In this document: piece after piece, positions 11,681-24,200 of the stretch
Layout of the letters: each line of letters opens with the position of its first letter
How positions within the stretch are numbered: position 1 is the first letter of the stretch
Origin: Rhina ancylostomus
Taxonomy: Eukaryota
NCBI GenBank assembly: GCA_030265395.1
Contig: JARFYF010000119.1
Coordinates: forward strand, 27,621,982 to 27,685,981
Length of the DNA stretch: 64,000 nt
Reading direction: 5' to 3'
Position numbers and translations under genes: made by a program
The notes under the pieces: model-generated
The model's database searches: none
What the model saw: the letters and a program-made list of their open reading frames with translations, nothing else
What the model was told of the DNA's origin: nothing

Positions 11681-11999
11681 CAGGCAGTCCCCGACTTAAG
11701 AATGCCCAATTTACGAACATCCGTACTTACGAACAGGCCTTCATGGGTCTCCGGGCCAAGTGCGCATGTGTGGCTGGGGATCCCCAGGGCCAAGTGCGCA
11801 TGTGCGGCTGGGGCTCAGTGCGGCTGAAATCCCTGGGCTATTTGCGCATGCGCGGCCTCGCTCCCCGGGCCTAGTTTGCATGCACGGCTGCAATCCCCAG
11901 GCCTAGTGCGCATGCTCGGACACTATTCCAAGTTACGCACAAAATCGGGTTATGAACAATCTCAAAAACGGAACTCATTCGTAACCTGGGGACTTCCTG
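11681..11999. mobile_element. Non-autonomous Tc1/mariner-pogo (Tigger-like) MITE, 319 bp
   Basis: TA|CAGGCAGTCCCCGACTTAAGAA … TTCGTAACCTGGGGACTTCCTG|TA: imperfect TIRs, TA target-site duplication, CpG-rich interior with internal repeats. Confidence 0.85.
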
Positions 12000-12619
12000 T
12001 ACATGGCCAAAGGCCTTGAATGTAAATGAGTGCCTCACACAAGGCAACACCTTTCCTCCTTGCACACTGCCAGTGTGGAGCACACATAGTAAATCAGGTT
12101 GGTCCGTGGCTGGGTCTTTGAGTCTGGGAGAGAGGTCACAGAGAGCTGGTGGTAATGGTGGTGGTGGGGGAGGGGCGTTGCTATGGATAGGCTGATAAGA
12201 TGAGGGGTTGTTCCAAGGTTGGTTATTAGAACCGGTGGTGGGGAGGTGGAAACGTGTGATTGACAGTCAGGAATAGGTTTGGTTGATTTGTGGAGTGTTA
12301 TCATCGGCCAGGTGTGGGCTGGGTAATTATGGGAAAGTCCTTGGTCACTGGGCATCAAGATTTGGAAATGGTCAGGTTAAGCCATCAATAATGGGCAAGT
12401 CAGGCAACAATTGCAAGGTTGGTTGGTTGGTTGTGGGGAGAGGGGAAAAGGTTGGTGGGGGCCTGTGTTAGAGTCAACAGTTTAAGAATTTAAAGGGGGC
12501 CTACCTTAGTTAGGGTTCCAGCACTTAAGGCATTCCTCTTTACAGCACACTGAAGAAGACTTCACAGACAATGTGGTAAGCCAGTTTAAGCATAACAGGT
12601 CTGTATCATTTTGGTACCC

Positions 12620-12890
12620 AAAAGTTGGACTCCAACCTGGGATCAATCTTGACATCTAGTGCTGTCTGTGCAGAGCTTGTACAGATTGTCACTGTTCTGG
12701 TTTCTTCTCACATCCCAAAGGCATGCAGGTTGGTAGGTTACTTGACCACTGTAAATTGGCCCTAGTGTGCAGGTAACTTGCATAATCTAGGGTCAATTGA
12801 TGGGAATGATGTAAATGGGTGGTTGATGGTTGGTATGGACTTGGTGGGCCAAAGGGCCTGTTTCCATGCTGTGTGACTCCATGACTCTAA
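12620..12890 (+). mobile_element. tRNA-derived V-SINE/HE1-like SINE (5' degraded) with CR1-type tail
   Basis: Core cacatcccaaaggcatgcaggttggtaggttacttgaccactgtaaattggccctagtg and tail gggccaaagggcctgtttccatgctgtgtgactccatgactct. Confidence 0.75.
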
Positions 12891-12949
12891 TTCTAGGTAA
12901 TGACTATTTCCAGCATTTTCTTTTATTTCAATTTGTATTTCTACCATCC

Positions 12950-13910
12950 ACTCTTATGAGGCATCAATTGGCTAAGGTAGATTGGGAAATCACATTAAAA
13001 ATTGTGACAGTAAACAAGCAATGGCTAACATTTAAAGAATTAACATCATTTACAAGAAACATGCTCTTTAAGGCACAGAAACCTTACATGAAAAGTGGTT
13101 CAACATTGGCTATAAAAAAGTTAAATCAGATCAAAGGAACAGGCTTATAATGTTGTTAAAAAGAATATTAAACCTGAAGATTGGGAAAAATTCAGATCAA
13201 CAAAGAAGAACAAAGACATTGATAAGGAAACATTGAGTTTCTGCATCTGTTCAATGTCCGTATATTCATATGAAAGAGAAAATAGAAAATGAGAATAATC
13301 TAATAAGAAACATAACAACAGAAGATAAATTAAAAGGGGAAAAACAAGCAAAAATTAATGTGGGTCCCTCACAAACTAGGACAGGAGAAATTATAGCAGA
13401 AAATTATATAAATATTTTGTGACTACCTTGACAGTAGACACACAAAGTCTCCCAGAAAATGGTGGGAACAATGGGTCTAGAGTGAATGAGGAATTGAAAG
13501 AAATTAACATTAGTCAAACAATAGTACTGGAGAAATCAGTGGGACTGAAAGCTAATAAGTTCGCAAAACCTGATGACCTGACCCTAAAGTTTTGAAGGAG
13601 GCAGCAACGGAGGTGGTGGATTCACTGACTGTCATCTTCAAATATTCTAAAGATTCTGGAACTATTCCCAAATATTGGAAGATAGCAAATAACTCCACAA
13701 TGAAAGAAAGGGGAAAATATAGAAGAAATGGGAAACTATAGACCTATTAGCCTGACACAAATAGTAGGTACATGCAAGGTAAAGGTAAAAGGACACTTGG
13801 AAAAAAGTAATAACATTGGATTTATGAAAGAAAAATTATGTTTGACTAATCCAGATGTTTTGAGGCTACAACTAACAGGGAACCAGTGAATGTGGTATAT
13901 TTGGACTCAG
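12950..13910 (+). mobile_element. Degraded CR1 LINE ORF2 fragment
   Basis: Remnants of 'LNKYF.S.FT', 'GNYRPISLT', 'CLTN' and 'VDVVYLD'; homologous to 57929-58610. Confidence 0.8.
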
Positions 13911-14104
13911 AAATTCCTCAGCTAGGAGTATTATGTGCATAACATCAGTACAGTAACTGCAGCAATGTTGTGAGAATGAACAATAGATATTGTCTCTCCA
14001 GGGTTACTGACATCCCCCCATTCTTTTTCATAAACAAATGATTAAATCATGACATTTAAAGACGTGCCATTTCTCAATTTTATGTTTTGTTCTTCACTAT
14101 TTAC

Positions 14105-14236
14105 CTGGACTGTAGATATTTTATTCTTGAAAGCATATCCAAATGTCCTGCTGAGTATTGTTCAATAACATCCTTCACATCATAAGGTCGTAAAGTCTCC
14201 TTGAATTTTTTCTTGTTGAGGAAAAATTTCATGATA
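14105..14236 (-). CDS. KCNQ3: KCNQ3 exon (human exon 12 equivalent, 132 nt), helix B end and helix C
   Basis: tctctgcAG|T ATC ATG...CAG TCC AG|GTaaat; encodes [43 protein letters not shown](R), which contains the KCNQ signature [20 protein letters not shown]. Confidence 0.98.
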
Positions 14237-16446
14237 CTGCAGAGATAAATAAGATTATTTTATTTCTCTTTCACTGATTGGAGTTCCAACTGTAAAACTG
14301 TAAAATATTTCCTGCTGTCACTTGTGTCAAAAACATGTTCTGTGTAGGTTCTTCAATAAATTTTCAGTCAATCATTTTCTAGTATTCAATTCTGTAAATT
14401 AGAATGTGCAATTCTGTGGTGCTATGAAAGAAGCAGCATTAATCGTACCCAACATGTTTATTGTCATTTGGTTGTGTATAATTTTCCAATACTTAACAGC
14501 CCTAGCAAACCTGATACACATTTGTCATTTTAACACCAATAGTAGGGGTTAGCAAAAGTTTGTATCAGAAAACATCAGCTGCCGATCACTAAACTTGACA
14601 AATTGCTCCAACCTTGCTCTCCTTGACATCCCTTCCTCCTTTTATTTTAGCATTTCACTCTTACGGTTGATGTTCTACTTAATTCTCCTTTTCTTTCCCC
14701 TAATCTTGACAGTCACATTTTTACATTCTCTCCTCTCTTTACTGTGTTCAGTTATGACTCCTCATATCTCCTGCAATGGAACTCTGCCTCTATTTCTCCT
14801 TGAAACCCAGACCTGATATCGCTTAATTGCTAATTTTGATATGTCTGATCCTTTATCCTCTTCTAACTTGTATATTTTATGTTGTGGCCTTTTATCTAGA
14901 TTTCTTAAAAACCTTCCAAGGTATCCTCTTTCCCATAATTAATGTACTAATTTCATCTGAATCGTTGCAATGTTTGGGCTTTACTCTAAAGTTAATGGAA
15001 AACACAATGAATCCAGCTACTCTAACATTGGCAGAATAATTAAAGCTCTTTCTAAACTGCAGAGGGAATACTTCTGTTCTCATATTCATGCCAAAAGAAG
15101 GACAACATTTGGAGTCCGATTTTTCCCATGGAATGATCAACACAATTATACTCTTCTTTGGTTGAACTTCACCATGTAATTCAAGACATCATGAATCAAA
15201 AAGTGATGTGATTTTCTTTTTCTACATAAAAGTTGCTCTGTTCAAAATATATTGTGTTTCAGTAACTTTGAAAGTAAAAATAACATCTGCTTTTAAGCTC
15301 TTAGCTTTGTCCTTACTTTGTCAGTAATTTAATGTGAGAGCCAAGTGGTGTTGTATGCTCCGTGTATCAGTTGAAGCTCACAAGTAAATAGCTCACACAC
15401 TTTAATCCTTCATGCACAAGAATACACAGAGCCACCATTTTTTTCAGATTGGTAGAACCAGCTTTGAGAATTCCAACCACATTACAAAGATTTGGGAAAT
15501 GCAAGAGGTAGCATCACCCTACTCTGTAACTATTTCCTCCTGTGATCTCAAAACTATAGGAATCTTCTAAAACCCAAAGGTTGCAAAACCTAAATTCTGC
15601 TGCTTCATTTGCCATTTCTTCATCCTTTTTTCAACCATGCTGACACCTTGCAACCACAGTCCTGGACCTTCCCCTTGGCTTCTCATTTGTTTTTAAAAAG
15701 GAGAAAGCATGTAATTCTATACTTCCAGTGTGGATTCCATGCTTAAAGCACAGAGGCAACAGCTCTTTATACTGTGAACCTATTAAGCATTGACCCATGC
15801 TAAGTGTGGGAACTCAGAATTTACTTTAAGTGACTGAGTTCCAGACCACACTGTATACTATTCTTTCTGACTCAGAATAACAGGAGTTTAGCTAAAGCTG
15901 GTCACTTAGTGTTTCACTGAATATTATCTGGGGCCTCTTACTATGTTGGGATGGTATTACTGTTAATAATCACCACTTTTATTATTTGCTGTTGGGATGT
16001 GGTCAGTTACTGCCTCTCCCCAGCTGAGCAAGGTTCAACGAGTTAGCAGTACATTATAGGTTTCTTCAAAGAATTGCCATGCTCACTATTTCATCAAGGA
16101 TAACTATGGCTAGTTAAATAGCTAAACAAGTTCTTCTGCCTTCAATGTTTTAAGAAAATGCCTGTCACTCCTGTAACTATTTCCATATAAAATAGGGATA
16201 CCTACTCTTGAAATATCCAGAATTGTTCTGCTGAGTCTTTGAGCAATAAGAGTGAAGAGCTGGATGAAAGGGGACAAAGGGATGGAGGTGGTGGGGTAGG
16301 TTGCTGGTTGTAATTATTAATTCTTTACAGTGAAAAGAGAAATGACAACCTCAACTGAGGAACCATAGAAGGCAGACCTGAAGAGCAATGAACTGGGAGC
16401 ATCTGTCTTATGTGGACTGGATAAAAACAATTTCCATGTGAGTGGT

Positions 16447-16762
16447 TAAATTCTGTACTGACTCAATGTAATTGCACCGTGTAATGAATTGACCTGTACG
16501 ATCAGTATGCAAGACAAGTTTTTCACTNNNNNNNNNNNNNNNNNNNNNNNNNNNNNNNNNNNNNNNNNNNNNNNNNNNNNNNNNNNNNNNNNNNNNNNNN
16601 NNNNNNNNNNNNNNNNNNNNNNNNNNNTTTTTACCTGTACTACATCAATGGACTCTGTACTAACCCAATGTAACTGCACTGTGTAATGAATTGACCTGTA
16701 TGATCAGTTTGTAAGACAAGCTTTTCACTGTACCTGTGACAATAATAAACCAATACCAAACC
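16447..16762 (+). repeat. Two copies of a LINE/SINE 3'-tail repeat flanking a gap
   Basis: aatgtaa(t/c)tgcac(c/t)gtgtaatgaattgacctgta…agacaag..tttcact occurs at 16466 and 16667, ending in aataataaaccaatacca. Confidence 0.75.
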
Positions 16763-17321
16763 CATAAACTGTTGGGTAGATGGGAGAAGCCCACTCAAAC
16801 ATGATCCAGGGCATCTTCATTGGTTCCTCAGAAACTGTGTTTAATACATGTAGGCTGCAAGGTGTTGGCACAGAGATTAGTATCTCAATGAAGGGCAGCA
16901 GTGTAACTGTTTCCCTAACTCCCCATCAATGTCTTCACATTAGGCAGCATTTGATATCGGACTGCAACCCTTACTGCAGCAGGCTTTAAGTAGTGGTTCT
17001 GGGTGTTGGTCATCAAATCTAAATACAATGACTGCATCAAGCAGCACCAACTTTATACCTTTTGGCAAAAACATCTTCTACTCCAGAATCTTTCTGAATG
17101 GGAGAGAATAACCCCTGCCAACAACAACCTACATTAGGAAATTAACCCAAAGTACTTTGTAAAAGCCAATCAGTTAAGAATGATATGGTGTTGAAGAAGG
17201 AGCTTGGTCAAGGGTGCTTGGGGCAGGGGTGATCTTATGAGGTTTAAGGATGGACTTAAAGTGTTATGCCTGGATGGCAATGGTGGAGCAAAAGTTGAAG
17301 GAATGCAGAGAGCTGGGTGGG

Positions 17322-17570
17322 TTGGTATTGGGATTAGTTTATTATTGTCACTTGTACCGAGGTACAGTGAAAAGCTTGTCCTGCATACCGATCATACAGA
17401 TCAACTCATTACACAGTACAGATACATTGAGTTAGTACAGAGTGCATTGAGGTAGTACAGGCAAAATAAAACAATAACAGAGTAAAGTGTCACAGCTACA
17501 GGGAAGTGCATTGCAGGTAGACAATAAGATGCAAGGTCACAACAAGGTAGATTGTGAGGTCAAGAGTCCA
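17322..17570 (-). mobile_element. Inverted copy of the same retroelement 3' end, running into a gap
   Basis: ttggtattggg…tttattattgtcac…ggtacagtgaaaagcttgtc is the reverse complement of 16690-16762. Confidence 0.75.
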
Positions 17571-18762
17571 NNNNNNNNNNNNNNNNNNNNNNNNNNNNNN
17601 NNNNNNNNNNNNNNNNNNNNNNNNNNNNNNNNNNNNNNNNNNNNNNNNNNNNNNNNNNNNNNNNNNNNNNNNNNNNNNNNNNNNNNNNNNNNNNNNNNNN
17701 NNNNNNNNNNNNNNNNNNNNNNNNNNNNNNNNNNNNNNNNNNNNNNNNNNNNNNNNNNNNNNNNNNNNNNNNNNNNNNNNNNNNNNNNNNNNNNNNNNNN
17801 NNNNNNNNNNNNNNNNNNNNNNNNNNNNNNNNNNNNNNNNNNNNNNNNNNNNNNNNNNNNNNNNNNNNNNNNNNNNNNNNNNNNNNNNNNNNNNNNNNNN
17901 NNNNNNNNNNNNNNNNNNNNNNNNNNNNNNNNNNNNNNNNNNNNNNNNNNNNNNNNNNNNNNNNNNNNNNNNNNNNNNNNNNNNNNNNNNNNNNNNNNNN
18001 NNNNNNNNNNNNNNNNNNNNNNNNNNNNNNNNNNNNNNNNNNNNNNNNNNNNNNNNNNNNNNNNNNNNNNNNNNNNNNNNNNNNNNNNNNNNNNNNNNNN
18101 NNNNNNNNNNNNNNNNNNNNNNNNNNNNNNNNNNNNNNNNNNNNNNNNNNNNNNNNNNNNNNNNNNNNNNNNNNNNNNNNNNNNNNNNNNNNNNNNNNNN
18201 NNNNNNNNNNNNNNNNNNNNNNNNNNNNNNNNNNNNNNNNNNNNNNNNNNNNNNNNNNNNNNNNNNNNNNNNNNNNNNNNNNNNNNNNNNNNNNNNNNNN
18301 NNNNNNNNNNNNNNNNNNNNNNNNNNNNNNNNNNNNNNNNNNNNNNNNTGAGTACAAACTTTATGGTGTGGGCTTCCCGATATTTAACTGAAGGATATGG
18401 CTGCCCATTCAGGATGCAGGCAACTTACAAGTAGTAGGTGATGCATGTCTTCAGGTGATGCCATGTCTTTTGATTTTCAATCACACTTTTGTCTTTTTGC
18501 AAAATTTTATTCACAGTGACAGAAGATAGTGAAGGCAGAAATATTGTGCAAAAGCATTTGTGAATTTTTTCATACACACATCTTTACTATGCTCTGCATT
18601 TTAAGTACAGAGCAATATAAAGTTGAATTTAAATTGTTAGCAAACTTACTTTGCCCACTTCCATTGGTAATTCTAATAAATTCAATCAAAATATCACAAT
18701 CCTTTGCATTTAAAAGAGAAGTCATCATAAAAAACAATTTTCCATTTTTGAATAAGCCCTAC

Positions 18763-18862
18763 CTTGTAGCCCTGATAACAGTTTTCAATGTAGGGATCAA
18801 GTCTTCCATGAGATCAGATTGGTAAGCCTTGTCCTCAGGTTCTTGTTCCACCTCAGCAGCAT
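18763..18862 (-). CDS. KCNQ3: KCNQ3 exon (human exon 11 equivalent, 100 nt), helix B start
   Basis: gatttgcAG|AT GCT...GCT ACA AG|GTaggg; encodes (D)AAEVEQEPEDKAYQSDLMEDLIPTLKTVIRAT(S), compared with human …[15 protein letters not shown]. Phases 1/2. Confidence 0.95.
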
Positions 18863-20173
18863 CTGCAAATCAATGAAAATGGCTTTATCATCTACGAGAA
18901 TGTAATAATTGAACAAAACCTTCTATAGTCTACATGTTACAGGCATGTTTTTGGTATTTCAGGAAAATATGTATTTTATACCTCATTTCAAGTGCAATGC
19001 CTTCCTCTTGCTTCAGTACAAGACAGTACTATACATTGTTCTTTCCACAGTTTTTCAGATTCCCGTTTGTAAAGCTCGAAAAAACACAGAACATAAAATA
19101 CATATCCATTTTGCCAACCGATCGGATTACTTGATTTGCAATTTTGCTCTAAATTGCTTTACAATTGCCGTAAGATCCGTGAACAAAAGCGACGGAGCTG
19201 CGCACTACCCGATTTCATTCTCCTTCTGATGTTACGTGATGGTGTCTGAGTAATGGAAGGGGCCGTCCGGATCACCAGTTTCATTGCAGCTTCTGATTGG
19301 TGAACGTAGGCACACTGGTTTACGGCCAATCAGAATTGCCTTTACTTCTTAAAGNNNNNNNNNNNNNNNNNNNNNNNNNNNNNNNNNNNNNNNNNNNNNN
19401 NNNNNNNNNNNNNNNNNNNNNNNNNNNNNNNNNNNNNNNNNNNNNNNNNNNNNNTATATTTAAGAATTTGAGCAACAGGGGCATGGTCAGGATGTTAAAT
19501 TTGCTCACATTTGGAAGAGCATGTAAAACACACCCATTGTGTTCACATATGCAAATATCCCAATGGTGTTTGATATTTATTGATGGAGGGGTTTGGATGC
19601 AGGAGGCATACCAGGTTAACATAATATGCCACAGCCCTAACGCACAGGGATGTTTTTTCTGATAAATTTTTATCATAATGCTGAAACTGAAAGACTGGAA
19701 ATAATTACAGGTTAACTCCTTCATCTGATCCCAGCATACTACAATTGGCCATATTAGGTAGGTGAAAATAGATTCAGGGTCCCCATTCATAATGACTCAC
19801 TTAGAATTCACAAAAGAGACTGGATTTATATCATAAAAGGAGTAAAGTTGACACTCTACTTTAAATCCATTGGGAATCCAATCTGTTTTAGTGAATATTA
19901 AAGGTCTCCTTTTGGACTTGGAAGGTGAATGGAGTTCTCTTGTAGTCCCGGTCAAAACTTGCTCTTTCAACCAACTTACATGAAAACAAATGTATAGGTT
20001 CATTACATTATTGCAGGTATACTTATATAAAGAAGAAATCATTAGCTCTTTGTGAAGCCCACTGATATTTTTTAAGGCATAATATAAGCTCAAAGTCAAA
20101 TCTTCCTTCTTCTATCCAATAATAAGGAATATCTGGGGCTTTCAGGAAAACAAATCAAATGGCTTTGTGATAC

Positions 20174-20367
20174 CTTCTGAGCTTTGTCTGAATCCAAAAG
20201 CTTTAATGCGAACTGCAGCTCGAAGGTCACTGAAACCCAAACTCTTCTGGTCTTTTGAGGGACTATCTTCTACTCCCTCAGCACTTAGTGGTGTAAATTG
20301 CTTGCTCTTTACATTGGCACCTCTGGGGCCGGAAATACGAACCCGTTCCAAGAGACTCAGCTTCTGG
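20174..20367 (-). CDS. KCNQ3: KCNQ3 exon (human exon 10 equivalent, 194 nt), helix A-B linker
   Basis: ttttgttacAG|C CAG AAG CTG...TCA GAA G|GTatca; encodes (S)QKLSLLERVRISGPRGANVKSKQFTPLSAEGVEDSPSKDQKSLGFSDLRAAVRIKAFGFRQSSE, compared with human SQKLGLLDRVRLSNPRG…ESPSKE…WQSSE. Confidence 0.96.
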
Positions 20368-20484
20368 CTGTAACAAAAGCAATTACAAAAGAATGCTCTC
20401 AAAGTATTTATTATTCAATATCCCCTCAGTGATAACAAATTGGCATTTAGTGTCACAGGCTTTCCATCAAAGGCCCATGGATTA

Positions 20485-20885
20485 TAGCTGTGGCTCGGGC
20501 TGGCACTCATACCTCCAAATCAGGTGATTGTGTCTGCAGAAGCAAACAAAATCTAGAATGACACTCTGGTGCAGCACTGAGGGAACAGTGCACTTTCAGG
20601 TGAGTTGTTAAACCCAGGCATAGTCAACTCTCTCAGATGGATGTAAAATGCCCTTGACACTATTATGAATTCTCTCCAGTATCTTGGCTAACATTTGCCA
20701 CTCAGCAAGGTCTGTAAGCTTATCTTGGCATCATCACATTTATGTTTGGGGGAGCTTGTTCTGTACCAAATTGTTGCCACATTTCCTATGTTACTACACT
20801 TTACAAAGAAACTTATTTGTCTGAATTGTGCTTCAGGTTGTCCTAAATTTATGAAAGATGCTTATGCTACCAATGCAAGTCATTT
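20485..20885 (+). mobile_element. DeuSINE (SacSINE1/AmnSINE1-like) copy
   Basis: Resembles the recalled Deu-domain: gtgcagcactgaggga…ctctcagatggatgtaaaatgcccttgacactatt…ttctctccagtatcttggctaacattt; L2-like tail ending aatgcaagtcatttttt. Confidence 0.7.
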
Positions 20886-21069
20886 TTTTAAAATAGAGTA
20901 TATATTCTCAACACTGCTTTAGGCAATGAGTTGGATGTGAACATGAGGGTATGACTCACAGCAAAGTCTTTTGTAACGCAAATAAAGTTAACTTATACAG
21001 AGAACCAAGTCAATTTAAAGAGTGGGGAAATAAAGATTATGGCAATTTTTCACAGTAAGAGCAGTGTAA

Positions 21070-21200
21070 TTTCTATGATTCTATAAAATTAGAGGGCTAT
21101 GGGTAAGCCTAGTAATTTCTAGGGTAGGGATATGTTCGGCACAGCTTTGTGGGCTGAAGGGCCTTAATTGTGCTGTAGTTTTTCTATGTTTCTATGTAAG
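21070..21200 (+). mobile_element. CR1-type 3' tail fragment
   Basis: gttcggcacagctttgtgggctgaagggcc…gtgctgtag…ttctatgtttctatg terminal microsatellite. Confidence 0.65.
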
Positions 21201-24200
21201 AATGCAATTAAGATAATAATAAGAGAATCATTATGTTTTAATTTTGTACATAAAATCAACCTCAATCACTTATAGTAATGTGTGATGATAGATTAATTGA
21301 TAACCATTCCCACTCTGGCTAGGAAGTGTATTGTCACTATGGACATTTATAAACAGGGAGGTAAAGCCCTAAGGCTTGAAAATTAGTGTGTGCTGCAGAA
21401 GATGTGCTCCACGGCCAGGATTTAGCAATGGTTTGGTCAGGGGCCAGTCACAGTGCACTTCATTAGTACCCGAGGCTGTTACCAAGTCACCACCATTATG
21501 TTGTTTCTTTCCTGTGCCGCAGAGCATGGGAGCGAAAGCACTGCATCCAGGCCTGTTGCTGGAGTTTAATGGTGGGCAGTGGCATGAGGGAGTTGCCAAT
21601 TGGAGGTCCGATTGTGGTTTTGGGAAAGGTTCAAAAATCGAAAATGATGTGTTGTGGAGGGAAAGGGTCATAGAGTTATCAGGTTGTACTGCGCAGAATT
21701 GGGCCCTTCAGACAATCAAATCCATATCAACCTTTTTGTCCATCTACACTCCTCGCATTTGCGCATACTAGATCTGTATCTCTCTATGGCTTGCCTTTAA
21801 GTGCTGTCTAAATGTCTTATATAGTAATTGTATCTGATTTCACCACCTCCTCGGGCAGTGCATTACAGATATCAACCATTCCTGGTGTGGATGTCAGGGA
21901 GTTCGTGATTGAAGGATGGAGAGTCCAGAGACGCAGGCTATTGGTGGCAGGTGAGATGGGTTGCAGTAATCAGGGCAATTGGGAAGTGAGATCAGTGGCT
22001 GAAGTTTGGAAGTTTTGGTGGGGTGTGCAGGAATGCCAGGAAGGTGGTGGAAGGAGAAGTATGGACAGCAAGTAATGGGACTTACTTCAGTGGTGACCCA
22101 GACCCAATCTATGCAATGAAAATTTGGTTGTTCTGAGAGTGACCAATGGTTGATTCTCCTTGCACCAACATGCTCTGAAGAGTTTTGCACAGGGAATGAA
22201 GGTAGTTGAATTTTGAGAAGGTTATGAAGTGACCCAGAATTTGTGGTTATTGCCTTTCACCCTGGGGCGTCCATTTTTAATGACATAGTGCTGAAATTAA
22301 GAATGTAGTACAATTACACTTCTAGGTCACAGGCGAATTGGAGAGCTGTTCTAAAATATTTAGATTTTACTAAATCTTATAATTTTATACCCAATTATTT
22401 TTTATTCAAGTTTCAGTTCATTCTTTGATGAAATTCCAATGTGAATAGAATTTATACCACATCATTTGGCTAAAGATTCCTGCATTATTATCAAAATTAA
22501 AACTATTTAGCAATGAATATTTTGGAACAATTTGAAAAGCAAAATACAGCAGCTGCTGAAAATCTGAAGTAAAAGAAACAATAAATGCTGGAAATATTCA
22601 GCAGGTCAGGCAGCATCTGCGGCGAGAGAAACAGTTAATATTTCAAGTCAGTGACGCTTCATCATAACTGGAGATACAAGAAAACAAGATGTTTTATAGC
22701 TTTCAGAGCGGGATAAGGTGAAGAGAACAGAGGAAATGTCTGTGATCAGGTTAAGACCAAGTTGTCTTGTGACAGAACTTCTTTCGATGACATCAATGAT
22801 GATCTATCTGGAAGACTGTCAAAAGAGATGAATGAGATCAGTTGCTGGAAATCTAAAATAAAAGAGAAGGCTGAAAATACCCAGCAGGTCAAGTAGCATC
22901 TGTGGAAAGATGCTATCTCATCACGAAGGTTAACCGATCTGCTGAATACTTCCAGAAACAAAGACTTGGTCTGAATAGATTCACGGAATACTGCAGGAGG
23001 CCATGCAGCCTTTAATAATACTGGGATCTTATCATAATGTTACAATGACCTCCACCTTCATTAAAAACTGGTGACGGTTTAATCTTAATTTCAAAGGGAA
23101 TTAAAACAAAGTGAATCATTCTTACTCAAGCTGTAGTTTGAATTTGTAGATCACTCTCCTGTTGGGATAGTGTTTAAATAAGCTCTTTTAAAATTTAAGA
23201 ACAGGGAGCATCATCTAGCCAAGTTTGTGGGTGGGACTTGATGTAGGCCCACACATGTGATTCTTTTTTGGCATGTGAGACTCCATCAACGTACAAGACC
23301 CAGTCATAAGGGCTGAAGATGGAAAATATGTCAGATGCAATATCACCCTGAAGACAATAATTGCTCCTTCAATACTGTCACTCTTTTCAAGGATTGCTTC
23401 CAGCGACTAATTGCCCCAAATGTTGCAACGGTGTTTGGGCACAGAGTCCCAGAAGGAGGTTTTCAGAAAGAAAGCAGCTGTAATGATGCCAGTCGGCTCA
23501 TGATTAAAGTACCTTTGTTAAATGGTTTCAATTAACCTACTACTTCCAGTATCTTAGAGAATAAACAAGCAAGATACTGAGACAAGAGGCAACTCCGGAC
23601 TCTGAAAAGTAATAAATTATTTTTGCAAAGAGATATTTCTTCACACTCTACTGGCAATGAAGTTCAAAGATGGCAGGGTGAAGCACTTAGTTATGTTGCA
23701 TACGAGGTTCCTGAAGCTGGTGGTATGTGATCCAGGAGGTTTCTGCCAGCACTGATTGTACCCAGTGATCGGCTTGGCATTGTGGCACCCAAGCAAAGTG
23801 GCCACACAGGGTGAAATGAGCTCCAGCTGAGGCGGGGTCAATGTCGATCGTGCATTCGCTGTTCTTACTGCTACCTTGGGCCCAACCCTCACCTCTGCCA
23901 CCATTGCCACTCCTACTGCTGGCACATGGCTATCCCCAGCTTCTGCAGGCACGAGGGAGTCCAGGGGAGGCTCAGGCAAAATAGGACCGACTGAGTCCTT
24001 CTTGGTTGGCAAAAGAAATCAACATTATTACCTACCGGATTCACATTTTGGAAAGCAAAATGTATGAAGATGACACAGCAGAGATATTACTGAGCACAAG
24101 GGGCAGCCACTATGCACTGATATTAAAAGATAGAGACAACAGCTGATGTTTCACATTGAGAACAGAGAGGCTCTTTACCAGTTGACCATTATACACAAAG

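Noticed and set aside
17487-18434. Long ORFs of 265-315 aa (also 27808-28360 and others containing X)
   Set aside because: Artefacts of translating through N gaps.
23641-24012. 123-aa GC-rich minus-strand ORF with an acceptor-like tttcttttgccaaccaAG, as an alternative KCNQ3 exon
   Set aside because: The ORF is phase 0 at the acceptor but the intron is phase 2; the KCNQ3 frame stops after ~28 codons; no recognisable homology.
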